A stretch of 60,000 bases of DNA from Felis catus (taxonomy: Eukaryota), in assembly GCF_018350175.1 (NCBI RefSeq), contig NC_058382.1, positions 54,996,001-55,056,000 of the forward strand. Reading direction: 5' to 3'. Shown here one piece after another: positions 13,770 to 26,700 of the stretch. The notes under the pieces are model-generated. The model was given only the letters and a program-made list of their open reading frames with translations. It searched no databases and was not told the DNA's origin. Numbering within the stretch: the stretch's first letter is position 1; every line of letters starts with the position of its first letter. A program made the translations under genes and the position numbers.

Positions 13770-15230
13770 AGGAAATTTTTTGTTGACCTGTATAAAACGC
13801 CTACAGAAAAGCACACAAATAATGAGTATACACATTGGTGAACATGCAGAGGCAACATGTCCTGGTAACCTGTACCCAGATGAAGACACATGGTGTCACC
13901 ACCCCCTGAGACCCTCCTTCGTCCCCCTTCCAGCCACCACGGCCCCAAAGGTGACCACTGCCCTGACCTTTGCCAGTGTCCATCCTTAAATAAAAGGCCT
14001 TGTGTGGCGCGTACTCTTTTTGGGTGAAACTTGTCACGTTGCTGCTGAACAGACGTGTAGTTCGCTCGTTCTCACCGGCAGGTGGTTCTCCGTTGGTGAA
14101 TGCGCCGTGACGTCTCCGAACATGTTATTACCGGGGGCGTCGGCAAAGTGCTGCTGTGAGTGTTGGGGTGTGTGGTCCGTGCACATATCCCTGTCGGGGG
14201 GTGTCTTGCCGTGGGGCTCCTCAGGCGGAGGGGAGGGGTCGGCTCAGCTTTAGCAGATGTTGCCAAGTCACTTCGCAGAGTGCTCCACCAGTTCATGGCC
14301 CCGCCAGCAGCGTGGGAGCATCCGGGCTTCTCCGCGTCCTGGCCATCGCTGGATACTGTAGCCTCCCCGCCCCCCCCCCCACCATTTTACACATTATGGT
14401 GAAATACACATGAAATGTATCCCTTCCTCTGTTTTTAAAAACGTTGCGGTTCCGTGTCACTGTAGCACATTCACCTTGTTCCTGGCCGTCACCGCTGTCC
14501 ATCTCCAGGACTGTTTTCTTCTTGCAGAGCTGAACCTCTGTCCCCTTTACACACTAACCCCCCACCCCCACCCCAGCCTCCAGACTATGGCGACCGCCAT
14601 TTACTTTCTGTTTCTGTGACCCTGGCTGCTCTGGGTCCCTCATGTAAGCATAAGCATATCATATTGGTATTTTTGTGGTGGGCTTATTTCCGTCAGCATA
14701 ATGCCCTCGGGGCTTGTGGGGGCTGTAGCGTGTCCCAGAATTCCCTTCCTTTTCACGGCTGAGTGATATCCCACCGTGGGTGTATGCTGCATTTTGTTTA
14801 CTCCTTCACCTGCTGATGGGCCCTTGGATTGCTTCTGCCTTCCGGCAACTGTGAATCATGATGCTCTGAACATGGGGGTACAAATATCCATTCTAGTCCC
14901 CTGCGTTTCGTTTTGGGGCATGTATGTACCCAGACGTGGAATTGCTGGATCATATGGCGATTCTGTACCTAATTGTTTGACGACCCTCGTACTGTTTTAC
15001 ACAACATTACTGCAACATTATGTGCTCTCACCAGCAGGTGCACAAGGTTCTAGTTTCTCCACACCCTCCCTGACGCTTTCTATTTTCTTGTTTTTGGTTT
15101 TTGTTTCGGGTAGTGGCCATCCCAATGTGTGTGAGAGGTTGACAGTGTCTTTTTTTTTTTTTTCCTAAAGCCATTCTGTTAGGTGCGTAGTGATTACATG
15201 GTGGTTTTAATTTGCGCTCAGAAGAATGAG
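13770..15230 (-). mobile_element. Cluster of old L1 remnants (L1M types)
   Basis: Motifs such as ggaattgctggatcatatgg, gtgaatcatgatgctctgaacatggg and gtggttttaatttgc. Confidence 0.75.
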
Positions 15231-17499
15231 GTTGTAATGAATTTGTCTGGATGTCTGCCTTGAGTATTGGTTGTTATATTCTAGGCTGTTGTAGGTGATG
15301 CTAGATTGCCATCGGTGTGATTCCTCGTTATTCCGATGGTGCTGGTACACAGTAGGAGTTCAATATATGCCTGTTGAGCTGAACGAAGTTACTGGTGAGA
15401 GTGACAGCTGGGTACTGACATTCCAGAGGTGAGACCACAAAGACATCCTTGGACGGTAGATGTCTACACTTGCCTGAGCAGAGGCTGACCTGGTGTGGCC
15501 CCATGCCTGCAGGGATCCCAGTATGTGTCTTCTTTGCAAGAAATGACCTGTTCCCTTCCCCAGTTCTTATGCCAGCATCTGATCACACCCCAAATGCAGC
15601 GTCCTGTGGAACAGAAGAGCTGGCGTCGCCTGAAAATTGTTCACAGCAGCAGCAGCTGCCTGCTGTGACCTCTGTGTGGCCTCCCAGGAGCCTTCAAATG
15701 ACATCACACTCTCCTAAGTGGCCTATGAAAGACTGGCCTTGAAGCTCTGACCAAATATGGCCACGTCCATTTGGGTGCAATCCGTGCAGGGTGGCACCTT
15801 CTGGAAATAATGAATCCACATGGGCTCAACATCGTGGGACCTGCGCTGGTCTCTCTCGGGCAGGCCTGCGCCCAGATGGCACTTGATACCCGAGCCAGGC
15901 ACTGTGTGCGGCCACTTTGGTCTGGTAGTGTGTTGAGGCCAGCAGCCAGCCATACGTTTTTATTGTGTGCCATTTTTGTTTTTAATTACAGAGTTTTCTT
16001 CCTCGGCCCACTTGTTCATTGTGCTGACGGACACAGACTTTGGGCGGCTTCAGCAGATTTCTGAGTGGGCCCTGGGCCGGGCTCTCCAGTGCCCTAGGCT
16101 GGTTTCCAGAACAGGAAAAGCCAGTGCTGCCATATGCTCTGTATCCCCAAGGGCCTCTTCCTTCCCCCTTTTTCCTTTCTTCCCTTCTTCCTCCCTTTTC
16201 TGCAGCTGGGTGACTGCTCTGGGCTATTCGTGGATGCCAGCATCGTCGTCGTCGTCATCATAGGGCTTGACAGCAATTCGGAGAGTTGGGCGAGGCAGGA
16301 TTTAAGTCTTGGCCCCACTGCTTCTTTGTGACTTATCCGCTCGGTGCCTCATTGACTCATCTGTAAAATGGGAAGGACCAACGCTCCACGCCTCAGGGTG
16401 TTCCTGGGAAGATAAACTGGTGCTCGAAAAGCCCTTCACATAGTCAGGCTTCATAAAGAGTCACTGCCTCCCTCTCTCAGGTTGTCGTGGAGAGCAGACA
16501 GTTTGCACCTGTGATGCTACACAGGCGTTGGCGTCTGCCCAGCGTCTCCTGCGATCTCAGAGAAGAGGTGTCGGATCCTGTCAGGGAGGCGTGAGTCCGT
16601 GAAGGGTGGGGGTGGGGGTCCCGAGGCCGGATGCCGAGGGAATGGTTGTGAGGAGCCCCCTTGGAGCATAGTGCACGGTGAGCGACTCCAAAACTCTCGT
16701 CTGCTCACCACTGGCGGTGCTCAGCCACCCTGAGCTCTAGCTCCGGGGGCTCGGGAAGGATACCAGCCGCGCTCATGACAAACAGACTTTATCTTGGGAG
16801 AGCTCTGGGGGCCCTTCTCAGCACTGCCCCTCCCAGCTGGGTGACCCTGGGGAGTTCCCATACCTCTCTGGGCCCATTTCGTGTGCATGTTGGACCAAAG
16901 CATTGTTCTCAGTGTTTTTCTCCCTCCCCTGTTCCTCCCTCCCTCCCTCCCTCTTTCCTCTGGGTATTTTCTAGAAGGCTCTGTTGATGTGTGCCCAGCT
17001 TTCTTTGCGCTGTCAGAGGTTCTTTGAAGGAGACTTCAGTCACGCTGGCTCATTTTCATTGTTTTGGAAACAAGAGTGAGATGTGGGTCACCCCACGTAG
17101 GGCCCTGACAGCTCACTTCTGGGTCATCTCCAGCAGTCTTATGTCCCCAGGACATGGGTAGCTCTGGCCTCTGGGACTTTTGCTTTCATTTAGAGATAGG
17201 TCCAAGGGACTTTCCCCCCAAATACGTCTCTGGGAAATTTCTGCAGAATGCGGCTGATTGATGCATCTACAGATTTTAGGGGGAGGGCTGAGGCCGGTGC
17301 TCAGAGGACATTGCTGGAGAACATCTCGGTAGGGCCCAGCCGTGCAAGATACAGTAAGTAGCAAGTTCACCCGCTCACGTACCCGTCCACTAAAGTCACC
17401 TTAGAAAGAAAAAGAGAGAAAATGTTCCACTCATGTTTGCCCATCCATGCACCCTGCCAGCCACCCATCATATGTTTACGCTCTGGAATGGTTTAAATT

Positions 17500-17702
17500 A
17501 GCAGTTGGCAAGCTATGGCCCCAGGCCAAACCTGGCCCTGGCCTGCTTTTGTAAGTAAAGTTTTATTGGAACATAGCCACAATTATTTGTATTTCGTCTG
17601 TGGCTGCTTTCACACCACAACAGCACTGTCGAATTATTGTGACTCACAGAGCCTAGAGAATTTACTATCTGGCCTTTTACAGAAAATGGTTGCTGACCTT
17701 TG
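17500..17702 (+). mobile_element. MER58A-like hAT-Charlie DNA transposon
   Basis: ttttgtaagtaaagttttattggaacatagccac...atttactatctggccttttacagaaaa. Confidence 0.85.
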
Positions 17703-18519
17703 GATTAGGTCAAAGGGCTAGCGTCCCAGTCCTGGCTTCGTTAATAAGCGGGCGCATGGCTTTTGAGCAAGTCATTTCTCTTCCCTGGGCCTCATTTTTC
17801 TCAGCTGTAAAGTGGGATCCCAGTGGCACCAATCTCATGAGTCGTTCGTTCTGAAAACTCAGCGGGAAAGTGCCTCCCAGTAGTTGACCCACATAGGAAG
17901 CACATAGATGGTCCTTGATGGAGACCGTTGCTCTGGGCAACCGACTAATGTGGCCCATCGAAGCGCAGGATCCCTGTTCTCAGGAAGTCACCCGGGTTGG
18001 GGCGTGCCCGGCTGAGGAGGACACAGAGGCAGGTGCCCCCGTTTCCAGGCTGTCAGAGGCCACGGGTTTCCCTGGCAGAATTCCACCATCAACTAATTTG
18101 TGTTTTTGAAGACCTAAAAATTCACTGTCTGATCCCTGCTGGTCTCCTTACGTCGGGAACACCAAGTGGATACAGACAGGCCCGCCTGACCTTGGTGTGT
18201 GATCTTAGGGTTAAATTACTCCCAATATTAACAAAGAGAAATACCGTTCCTGTTCCCAGCCTTGCGCTCCGAGCTCTCTGATCTGGAGCAAACGTATCTT
18301 CTCCTTTTGCAAAAGCATCTGTGGGGAGCGTGGGGAGCCTGCTGGACGTGCAGGGGAGGAGAGCTGGCTGTCTCTGCCACTGTAGCCACAAAGTTTCGGT
18401 TCTGCCGCCACTTCCTCTGTGGCCCTGAGTCTAGTTTTGAGAAGGGTGCTGTCTCTCCAGCGGGGCTCAGAGGTCCTCTCTGGGGTAGATACGCTCCACC
18501 TTTTCAGAAGATCGAGCTC

Positions 18520-19175
18520 CATTGCTGGCCTGATTCTGTCCTCCAAACTACCAGACGGGTTTAACTACCTGTGACAGAGGCTCGACACAGGAGCTTGGTG
18601 TCACATCAAACTTCCTTGTGATTCCCTGCAAATGTGTGTCTCTTGCACTTAGATACAAGCATTTTAGCCTGTGGGCCACCCAAGAATCCCACTCCTGGGT
18701 ATTTACCCACATACTTTTGTCTCTGCTTCGCCCACCCCAAATATGTACAGAAATGTTCATTCCATGTCCCTTTCTACACGGGAGCCCAAACTGGAAACAA
18801 GCAAAGATTCACTGTCAGTGGCGGTGCATCGGAAGGAACACCGCTCTGCAGTTAAGAATGAGCCACAGACGTACGCGTCTGCAGACATGGTGAACAGGAG
18901 CCGGACACAGGAGCCTGTCCGCTGTGGGATTCCATTTGTGATTCCATAGGTTCAAGAACGGACCTATGGTGACAGAGGCCAGGCAGCGACACCCCCAGGT
19001 GGTGCGGACGGGAAGGGCACTGGGGAGCCTGCCGGAGGGCTCGAGACCTCCGTTGTCTTGACCCGGGTGGTGGTTGTGCAGGGCTGAGCCTGCGCAAAGA
19101 TATGTCCTGCCGAGCACATAAAACCTGTGCACTTTCACACTTCCGCACTTGACCGTTTACATGTCTACCTTAATT
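18520..19175 (+). mobile_element. Old L1 3' remnant (L1ME-like)
   Basis: aatcccactcctgggtatttaccc, agcccaaactggaaacaa and gattccattt motifs. Confidence 0.65.
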
Positions 19176-19578
19176 TAAAAAAAAAAAAAAAAAAAAAAGA
19201 AGGGAGAGGAGAGAGAGGAAATCCGAGTTTGGGAAGGTTGGGCAGCCAGGGGCAGTGCCCTGTCCTGGGTCCCATCTCAGGCCCCTTTAGGAATCCTTGA
19301 ACCTGCCCGCTCATCCCACGAATTCCTGTTTCCAGACCAGGGTCCCCCACTTTGGGCCCCCTGTACTTTCCATTCCCTCCTCTGGGAGTGCCTGGCACTC
19401 CCCGACCCACCTGAAGGCCCAGCTCAAAGGTCACTCTGGGAGGCCTTCCCCAGCATTTGTCCCCACCCCTGCTCCTTGTCCTTTGTAGCCGACACCTCGC
19501 AGTTACCCTGCTTGTCATGTCGCACTGTCGCTACCTTCGTACGCCTCTGCCCCCACCTCCCATCGAGAGGCCCGCTCT

Positions 19579-19745
19579 GGGGGTGCCTGGGTGGCTCAGT
19601 CGGTTGAGAGTCCAACTCGATTTCGGTTGAGGTCACAATCTCGTGGCTCCATGCTGACAGCATGGAGCCTGCTTGGGATTCTCTCTCCCTCTCTCTCTCT
19701 GCCCCTCCCCCCTCAAAATGAATAAACTTTAAAAAAAAAAAAAGA
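19579..19745 (+). mobile_element. CAN-SINE with internal deletion
   Basis: ggggtgcctgggtggctcagtcggttgag head, CT tract, aataaa and A tail. TSD aggccc(g/a)ctctgg at 19568-19580 and 19746-19758. The gagttcgagccc B-box segment is missing. Confidence 0.93.
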
Positions 19746-21039
19746 AGGCCCACTCTGGCACACCCTGCTCATCGTGGGACCCCCAGGCCAGCATCTGGCA
19801 GAGTGGGCAGGCAACGTGGAACCGGGGATAAGGACGTGGCCTTTCCACCTACCAGTTGTGACCCGGGGCCCAGCATCTAACCGCTCCGAACCTTCCCTGC
19901 TTCCTCTCCGGGATGGGGCTCCCCGCGGGAACCTTGTGAAGAATCAGCCAGATGGGGCCTGTGGACTTCCCGAGGGCCGGGCATCTGGGCTTTGCTCCCG
20001 GGCTGTTGCTCCCTAAAAGTCGCTGCTGACTCGGTGGTTGGAAATGTGCTGACTGTGCGTCGCGGCCCTCAAGAGCTTCGATCAGCTACCGGGATGGCAG
20101 AGGGGCCCCGTGGTACAGAGGAAGAGTGCCACACCCCGGGGACTCGGATTTCCATCCCACGGTGGTGACTGAGGTTGTAGAGTCCGAACATGGCAATATC
20201 ACTTCTTCTTCCTCTGTCATTAAACCAAGTCTTGAGCCATTTGCCCATAAAAGGGGGCAGCTGCCATGGCTGGACTCATGATTAATGAGCCAGAACATGC
20301 CTCCTGACTGTCTCCAAGGAGTGCGGTCCGTGGAGAACAGCCTTGGCCTGCCCCGACTGGCCCTGCCCTCGCAGCCCAGCCTCCAGGCGGCGCTCGGCCA
20401 AGGTCTGGGCGGCAGGAAAAGGGTCCAGCAGCGCTTCTGCCCGGTGGCCCCTCCCAGGCCCCCAAGGTGGGGCTTGGTTGAGTTGGGGCAAGAGGGTGTG
20501 GGGCGGGTCTCTCTGAGGGAGGCAGTATCTAAGCGATGAGGTCCTACTTGTCTTTGGTCTTCCACAGCTGGCAGATCACCCCGTGGCCAGGGCCGACTCT
20601 AGCCCAGAACACCCCTCTCTGTCCCCCCTTTTTGCGGTCATCTGTGGAGGAGTTGGAGATGGTTTGCACAAAACCCCTTCTTCCTTCTTGTTGAGGCTTG
20701 AAGAATGATCACCTTGGTATGATGAGCTCCTGCTTAGCACCTGGCACGGCGTTGGGAGTCTAACTCATGGAGCTCAAACAGCTAAACCCTCGCTTGGTCA
20801 TGTCCCTGCCTGCAGCCCCTCCTGCTGCCTTTCTCGGGCCGCCCTGTGTAACCCCCTTGCAGTGACCTATTGGCAAGTTCTCACAGGTGCCGAGCTCGCA
20901 GGCCACGCGCTTAGTTGCTCTCAGCAGCACCCTGAAGATAGGTACACTGTTACCTTCTTTACTGCAGCGTAATTCCCACACCATTAAACTCCCCCTGTGG
21001 GTCACGTGGAAACCGTTTAGCTCTTCCAACATCCGCCCG

Positions 21040-22130
21040 ACTTTTCAAGTGGCTGCACCGTGTCCCGTTCCTGCCAGCCGTGGATGACTACGGTTCCAGT
21101 TTCCCCGTATCTCCTTCAACACTTGTTATTCCCTTTTTTAAAATAGCCGTCCTAGTGGGTGTGGATCCTATGTCACTTTTGCAAGGCAGAGAATTGAGGC
21201 TCAGAGAGGCCCGGTGACTTGCCTAAGGCCGCACAGCCAGCAAGTGGTGGAGCCTGGATTCGACTCTCAGACTTGTGGTCTTTCAAACATTCTTTCACTG
21301 AGACGTAACACACATGCAGAGAAGTATATATTGCGTCCTGCTCGATGTCTCTTAACATTGTGCTGCCCTCAACCCGAATCAAGACCTACAACGGTGCCGA
21401 AGCTCCAGAAACTCCCTCTTGGCCCTTCAGGGTACCGTCCCCACTCAGGGGTAAGCAGTGGTGTGCCCGCCCATCCTGGTTTTCCCGGAACTGCCCCGGC
21501 TTTAGTGCCGAACACCCAGGATCTCAAGAACGCACGCCCCTCAGGCTCAGGCAAACCAGACAGCCGGTCACCCTCATAACCAGTACCCTGACTTCTCTCA
21601 GCATGGAGTGTGTTTTGCACACTTGTGAACTTTATATAAACGGAAGCGTATAATCTGTGCTTCTGTGTCTAGTGTCCTTTCCTCAGCCTTTGGTCCGTGC
21701 AGTTAGTTCATCTGCATGCCACGTGTCGTTGCCGATCTTTCTCTCTCACCGTTGAGTCGCACTCCACCGGGTGACGCGGCACACTTTCTTCCCCCGTTCT
21801 TCCGCTCATGGACGCCTGGGTGGTTTCCAGTTTGTTCGGTCCAGGGTTGGGTCGTGCTCAGGCAGCATGTGTGTCCAGCTCTCCGCGAGAACGTATGTCA
21901 GCCCTTCTTCGTGGGAATAGGACCGCTGGTCGCAGGGGACCCGGGCTTCCAGCTTTAGCCGATAGCCGTGCACGGGTTTCCACAGCGGTTTAGAAGTCGA
22001 GGAGCATTCCAGATGCCCTGTCTCTATGCCGACGCTGGTCACTGCCTTTCCCATTCGAGCCGTCCTGCTGGCTGGCTGGAGGACGGGGTGGTGTCACGGG
22101 GTGGTTGACCTGACTTCTCATCACCAGCTG
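21040..22130 (-). mobile_element. Degenerate L1 remnants with an internal MIR (about 21175-21290)
   Basis: gttccagtttccccgtatct, gaactttatataaacggaa and ggtggtttccagttt motifs. Confidence 0.55.
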
Positions 22131-22689
22131 TTACAGACAGAGGCCAGGACATGTGCTCTGAAGGCCTCAGTTCTCCTTCCAGCTCTGCCTGAATAGCTGT
22201 GTGTGGTTGGTGAAGACGTGTACCTGCTCGGGACCTTCATTCGATGTGTCACGGGGCAAGACCTGCCTCCCGGGAGGGCCGTGTGGGTTCCCCAGGGCTG
22301 CTGGAGGTGGGGAGGACCGTGCAGAGGTGCGGGGTGGGCAAGGGGCGCCAGCGGGGTTGCTCCCAGGCTGGGAGGTCCTGACAGTAGGGCAGAGGAAGGG
22401 CATCCGTGCCAGCCCCTCCGGGCCTCAGTGGGAGCCAGGGCTGGTCCCTCCATCCAGCCTCCCTTCCAGACTCACTTGGTCAGTTGCTCAGCTGTCAGGG
22501 GTACCCAGGGGCACACGTGAGAAGTGCCAGGCCCTGAGAACACAAATTTCCATCCATCAGAGTCCCCCATTTTCTTGGGTCATCTGTCTCTTCCCTGCCT
22601 CCAAAGCTGCACGACTGTAGGGTCGCGCCCCCAGACACTGGGCACTGGCTCGCACATGCGAGGGGTTCCACGTGTTGAGTGACTGCACA

Positions 22690-22810
22690 AATTGAGTCCC
22701 GGGGTGACCGTTGCACTGGCCACATTGCATGTGCTCAGTAGCCCACAGGAGGCTACCACGCAGGTGCAGAGCACTTCCCCCATCACGGAAAGTTCTGTGT
22801 GACAGTGCGG
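22690..22810 (-). mobile_element. MER3/MER33-like hAT remnant
   Basis: actggccacattgcatgtgctcagtagccc...catcacggaaagttctgtgtgacagtg. Confidence 0.65.
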
Positions 22811-23939
22811 ATCTAAGAGCCACTTGAGCCACACGGCCCTTCATTAAGTCCCCTACCACCAAGAAAAGACGATCAAACAAAAGGCCATAAGACACAAGAA
22901 GGGTGTGTTTTTCTCCTGAGAGATGTTCTTGCTCAAAACCGAGTTGCCTGTGCTAATAAAAAAAGCCTGGCCTTGTGGTTTCACAGGCTCCTGCAGAAGA
23001 GCGGTAACCTGGTGAGGTAGGGGGTGGGGATGGTACATGGGCAGCATTTGGCCTTAAGACGACAGTTGGAGAGGCCGTGCAGCCTGACACAGCGTCTCCG
23101 AGGCGGGGGCCAGGAAGGGGAGCGGCGGGCCGCCGTGTGGACGCTTCGCGGGACCAAGAGTGGTGCTGGGTGGGGGGTGCAGCTCGCCAGGGGATGGCGG
23201 CAGGGACAGTGGCCCTGGGGCAACCGGAAAAGCTTAAGTCACGTCGGCTATCCCTGGTTTATGGAAACACAGGGAGGTGGCGGGTGTGAAAGGCACTGGA
23301 GGAGATTTGCTCGGGCCTGGGGCCCAGACTGACCCATGTAGCAGCGAATTGTTACCGCCGCTTTGCTTTTGCGGTACAGCTTTCCCTTTGTGGGATTAAA
23401 GAGAACATCAAAATATTTTGACAGGCCTTTCCCAAGTGAGCCCGTGTGGATTTCTGCCCTCGACGCCCAGTGGGGCCGTAGGTGGCCTGGGGGCCCGCAG
23501 GGCGGGGTGGCAGCTGGCGGGCAGATTCCGAGACCCTGGTGGCGCCAGGTTCCGGTCCTGGCTCCTTTGTGCACGGCGTGCGTTCGCAGTGTGCGTGAGC
23601 CCTTCGGTGTGCACACCGGAGTGTGGCTCCGGCTGGAGGAGCTGGCAGAGTGCGGGGTGGAGGCCACCGTCCCCGGCGGTTGTGGGATTGAGTCCTGGGT
23701 GTGTCTCTTAAAAGCAGGGGTCCGTGACACGTCAGCACCTCTCTGGACCTGCCTCGTCTGTAGCATACGGATAAACAGGGGTAAACACGGCCCCCCTCCA
23801 GGGCTGCGGCCTGGTCAAGTGGGAGAAGACGTGTCCTCGGCGTGGTGCTGGCCACGTGCTACCCGCTCGAGGCGTGTTAACCAGGGGCACCTGTGCCTTT
23901 CCGTGCGCGAGGGGCTTCGCCAGGGCTGTGTTTGCGGGG

Positions 23940-24410
23940 CACACATCCTTCCTTATCACCGGAAAAATATGCGGCAGACCGTCCCCCCTCCCCCAAAGGG
24001 GGAAACCACCCAGATGTCCCTCGGCTGCGAAGGAGTAAGCCAAACGTGGCCTGTCCCTTCAGCGGGACGTTATGCAGCCGTAACCAATACATGCTGCGAC
24101 GTGGGTGAACCTCCGGAACCTCCAGGGAAAAGAGCCAGCGAGAAGGGCCACGTGCTGCGTGATTGCACTGACGGGAAATGTCCACAAGAGGCCAAGCCGC
24201 GGGGACAGGTAGCAGACCAGCGGCCAGCAGCCCCGTGGGGGAGTGACCGCTTCGTGGGTACGGAGTCTCCTTTCGGAGCGCTGAGAATGCCTTAGCACTG
24301 AACTAAGTGCCATGAAGTTGCACGACACTGTGAATGTGCCAGCGGCCATTGCGTTGTACGTTTTAAAGGGGTTAGCGTTTGATTTTATATGAATTTTATC
24401 TCAGTTCTAG
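23940..24410 (+). mobile_element. Old L1 3' end remnant, GC-enriched
   Basis: ggaaaccacccagatgtcc...actgtgaatgtg...gtacgttttaaagggg...atatgaattttatctca. Confidence 0.65.
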
Positions 24411-25669
24411 AAAGCAGCAGGGGGAGGTGAGCTAAAACCCACTCCTCCGATCCGAGCCGTTCTGTGGTACTTAATACCAGAGGTAACAGTGCCGTCATTA
24501 TTACTGTTGTCGTTGTTGTTGACTCTCCAAACGGGCTGGAAGAGGCTTCCCTATCCTCTGACCTGACATCTGTCCTTTGAGTCCAGGGTGTGTGTCCAGG
24601 GGGCAGCGGGCAGCAGCAAACCCGTCCTCATTCCAGTGGGACGGTGCCATGTGGAGTCGGGCTGTGCAGAGAGGGGTCTCCCTCCACGATGACTCAGGCA
24701 GCTTCCATGCAGGGAGAGGGGGACCTGTCTATAGCGTGGCTCACCCAGCAGGGTGTCAGGGCGCCGACCCCACCCCCACCCCCACTCCCACCCATGGCAA
24801 ACAGCCTGCTGTTCTCAGCCCGGGTCCCCCGGGGGGCAAGGTTTCCCAGCCTCCCACGTCCACCTGCCTCGGGAGTGAGCTCATAGAGGGTGTTTCCAGA
24901 CCGGCTTCTCCTCTTGGGGTCTGGGAGCCTCTTCCCTGCTCCCCTTCCTGGGATTGGTGCTGGACACCTTCCCAACATATGCCTTGAGTCAGCCTGAGCC
25001 TCGTCTTGGGGGTCGCAGACATCATGATTCACATTCGCTTTTAGAGGAATCCCCATGGAAACCAGGCAGGTTTGGGTGGGAAGGAGCTGGCTCCCTGGGA
25101 AGCAGGGGGAGGTGCAGCCTGGGGGCCTCTGGGGGAGGGGCTGCTTCAGGGGAGTTTGGTCACCCCACTCCTTGCCTACTCTGACGTGGGAGGTCCGAGG
25201 GGGTTCCCAGTGTGGAATGTCAGCTCCGAGGGTCTTTGTTGACTAGGGGCCCTCACGAAGCCCCTCCAGGCTCTGCTCTCCTGAGCCCAGATCCGGGCAT
25301 CGAGGGGATGCTAGAGAAGCAGCTCATCTCAGAAACAGAAGCAGAAGGGGAGCGCTCTCTTCCTGGTCTGGCGGGCACCAAGACCCCCAAGCTAGCCCCT
25401 CATCAGTCCCCAAGGGCAAAAGGACAGAGGCACGTCAACTCCCACGGGAGAGCAGCGTCCCCACGCGCCTGGACCCCTGTGTGCAGACTTCTGTGATCCC
25501 AGCCCCTGTGCGGCGCAGTCGGGCTGTGGGCACTTGGCCGCCATGTGGTCCCTCTGAGCTCACCCGGATCAGAGCCTGGCTTTTCCAGGACCCAGCCAGG
25601 CTCGGGGCTCAGGACGAAGGCCCCCCCAGCCTTAGCCAGGGCTCCCCGGTTCTCTTTAATATCTCTTTA

Positions 25670-26700
25670 ATGAGAGCAATTTGGCAATGACGTAAAATAT
25701 GCTTTTACCCTTTGTCCCAGTAATTCCATTTCTGGGAATCTGGCCTAAGGAAATAATCCTAAATATAGGGTAGAAAAACACGTTTCACAAGGATGTTCAT
25801 TGTGGAGTTGTTTATAGTGGCATAAAATGAAACAACCACACTGTCCATGGTGGTGGGGGGAGGTGGGAAGCAGTGAAAAAACAGTGGCCAAATGCTTTAT
25901 AGCCACTAAATAATAGTTCTGGAAATTATTGTCCAGAATATACGATGTGCATGTGATGGAACATTATGTTAAAAAGAAAAAAAGAACAGGCAAGTCACAA
26001 GATTATATGTATTGTATGACTTGGGCTCTGTAAAAAAAAAGAAAAAAAATCATGTATAAAAAATAATCAGGAGGGTAATATAAAGGTAATATACCAAAGT
26101 GCTAATGAGTGGTCTTGACGTGATTTTATCTGAAAGATTTCATTCTATTCATCGGCTTCCAAATCATCTACAGTATTCACACATTGCCTTTCTTAGGTTT
26201 GACCTCTAATTTGCTTTCAGTAAAATTCATCCTTTAAGGGTGTAGATTTGTGAGTTTTGACAAAGATACACAGTCAGGTAACCACCACCACCACCATCGA
26301 GATACAGACTATTTCCAGGGGCCCCTGGGTGGCTCAGTCGGTTAAGCGTCCCATCTCTCGATTTCAACTCAGGTCATGATCTCACACTTCATGAGTTCCA
26401 GCCCCGAGTTGGGTTCTGTGCAGACAGTGCAGAGCCTGGTTGGGATTCTCTCTCTTCTTGTGCCCCTCCTCCACTCACAATGCTCTCTCGCTCGCTCTCT
26501 CTCAAAAATAAATAAATAAACTTAAAAAAAATTTTTTTTTTAAATATTTCCATCACCCCACATAGCTCCCCGTGCCCCTTGGTAACTGGTCCCCACCCGC
26601 ACCCTGGCCGCTGGAGAGCGCTAGTCTGAGTTCAAGTTCCGTAGTTGTGCTCCTTCCGAGACGTCACGTACACAGAATCGCGCAGTATGGCCTCGCACTG
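25670..26700. mobile_element. Two old L1 remnants (+ at about 25670-26190; - at about 26200-26700, split by a SINE)
   Basis: cccagtaattccatttctgggaatc, caaggatgttcattgt and gtgagttttgacaaa motifs; AT-rich. Confidence 0.7.
26318..26544 (+). mobile_element. CAN-SINE inserted into an L1 remnant
   Basis: Head ggggcccctgggtggctcagtcggttaagcg and aataaa tail; tatttcca is duplicated on both sides. Confidence 0.94.

Noticed and set aside
23363..24295. Longest ORF in the track (310 aa)
   Set aside because: Non-ATG start, no recognisable domain, overlaps a GC-enriched L1 remnant; long stop-free frames are expected in GC-rich DNA.
26318..26410. tRNA-like A/B box sequence
   Set aside because: It is the tRNA-derived head of a CAN-SINE with CT tract, A tail and TSD, not a tRNA gene.
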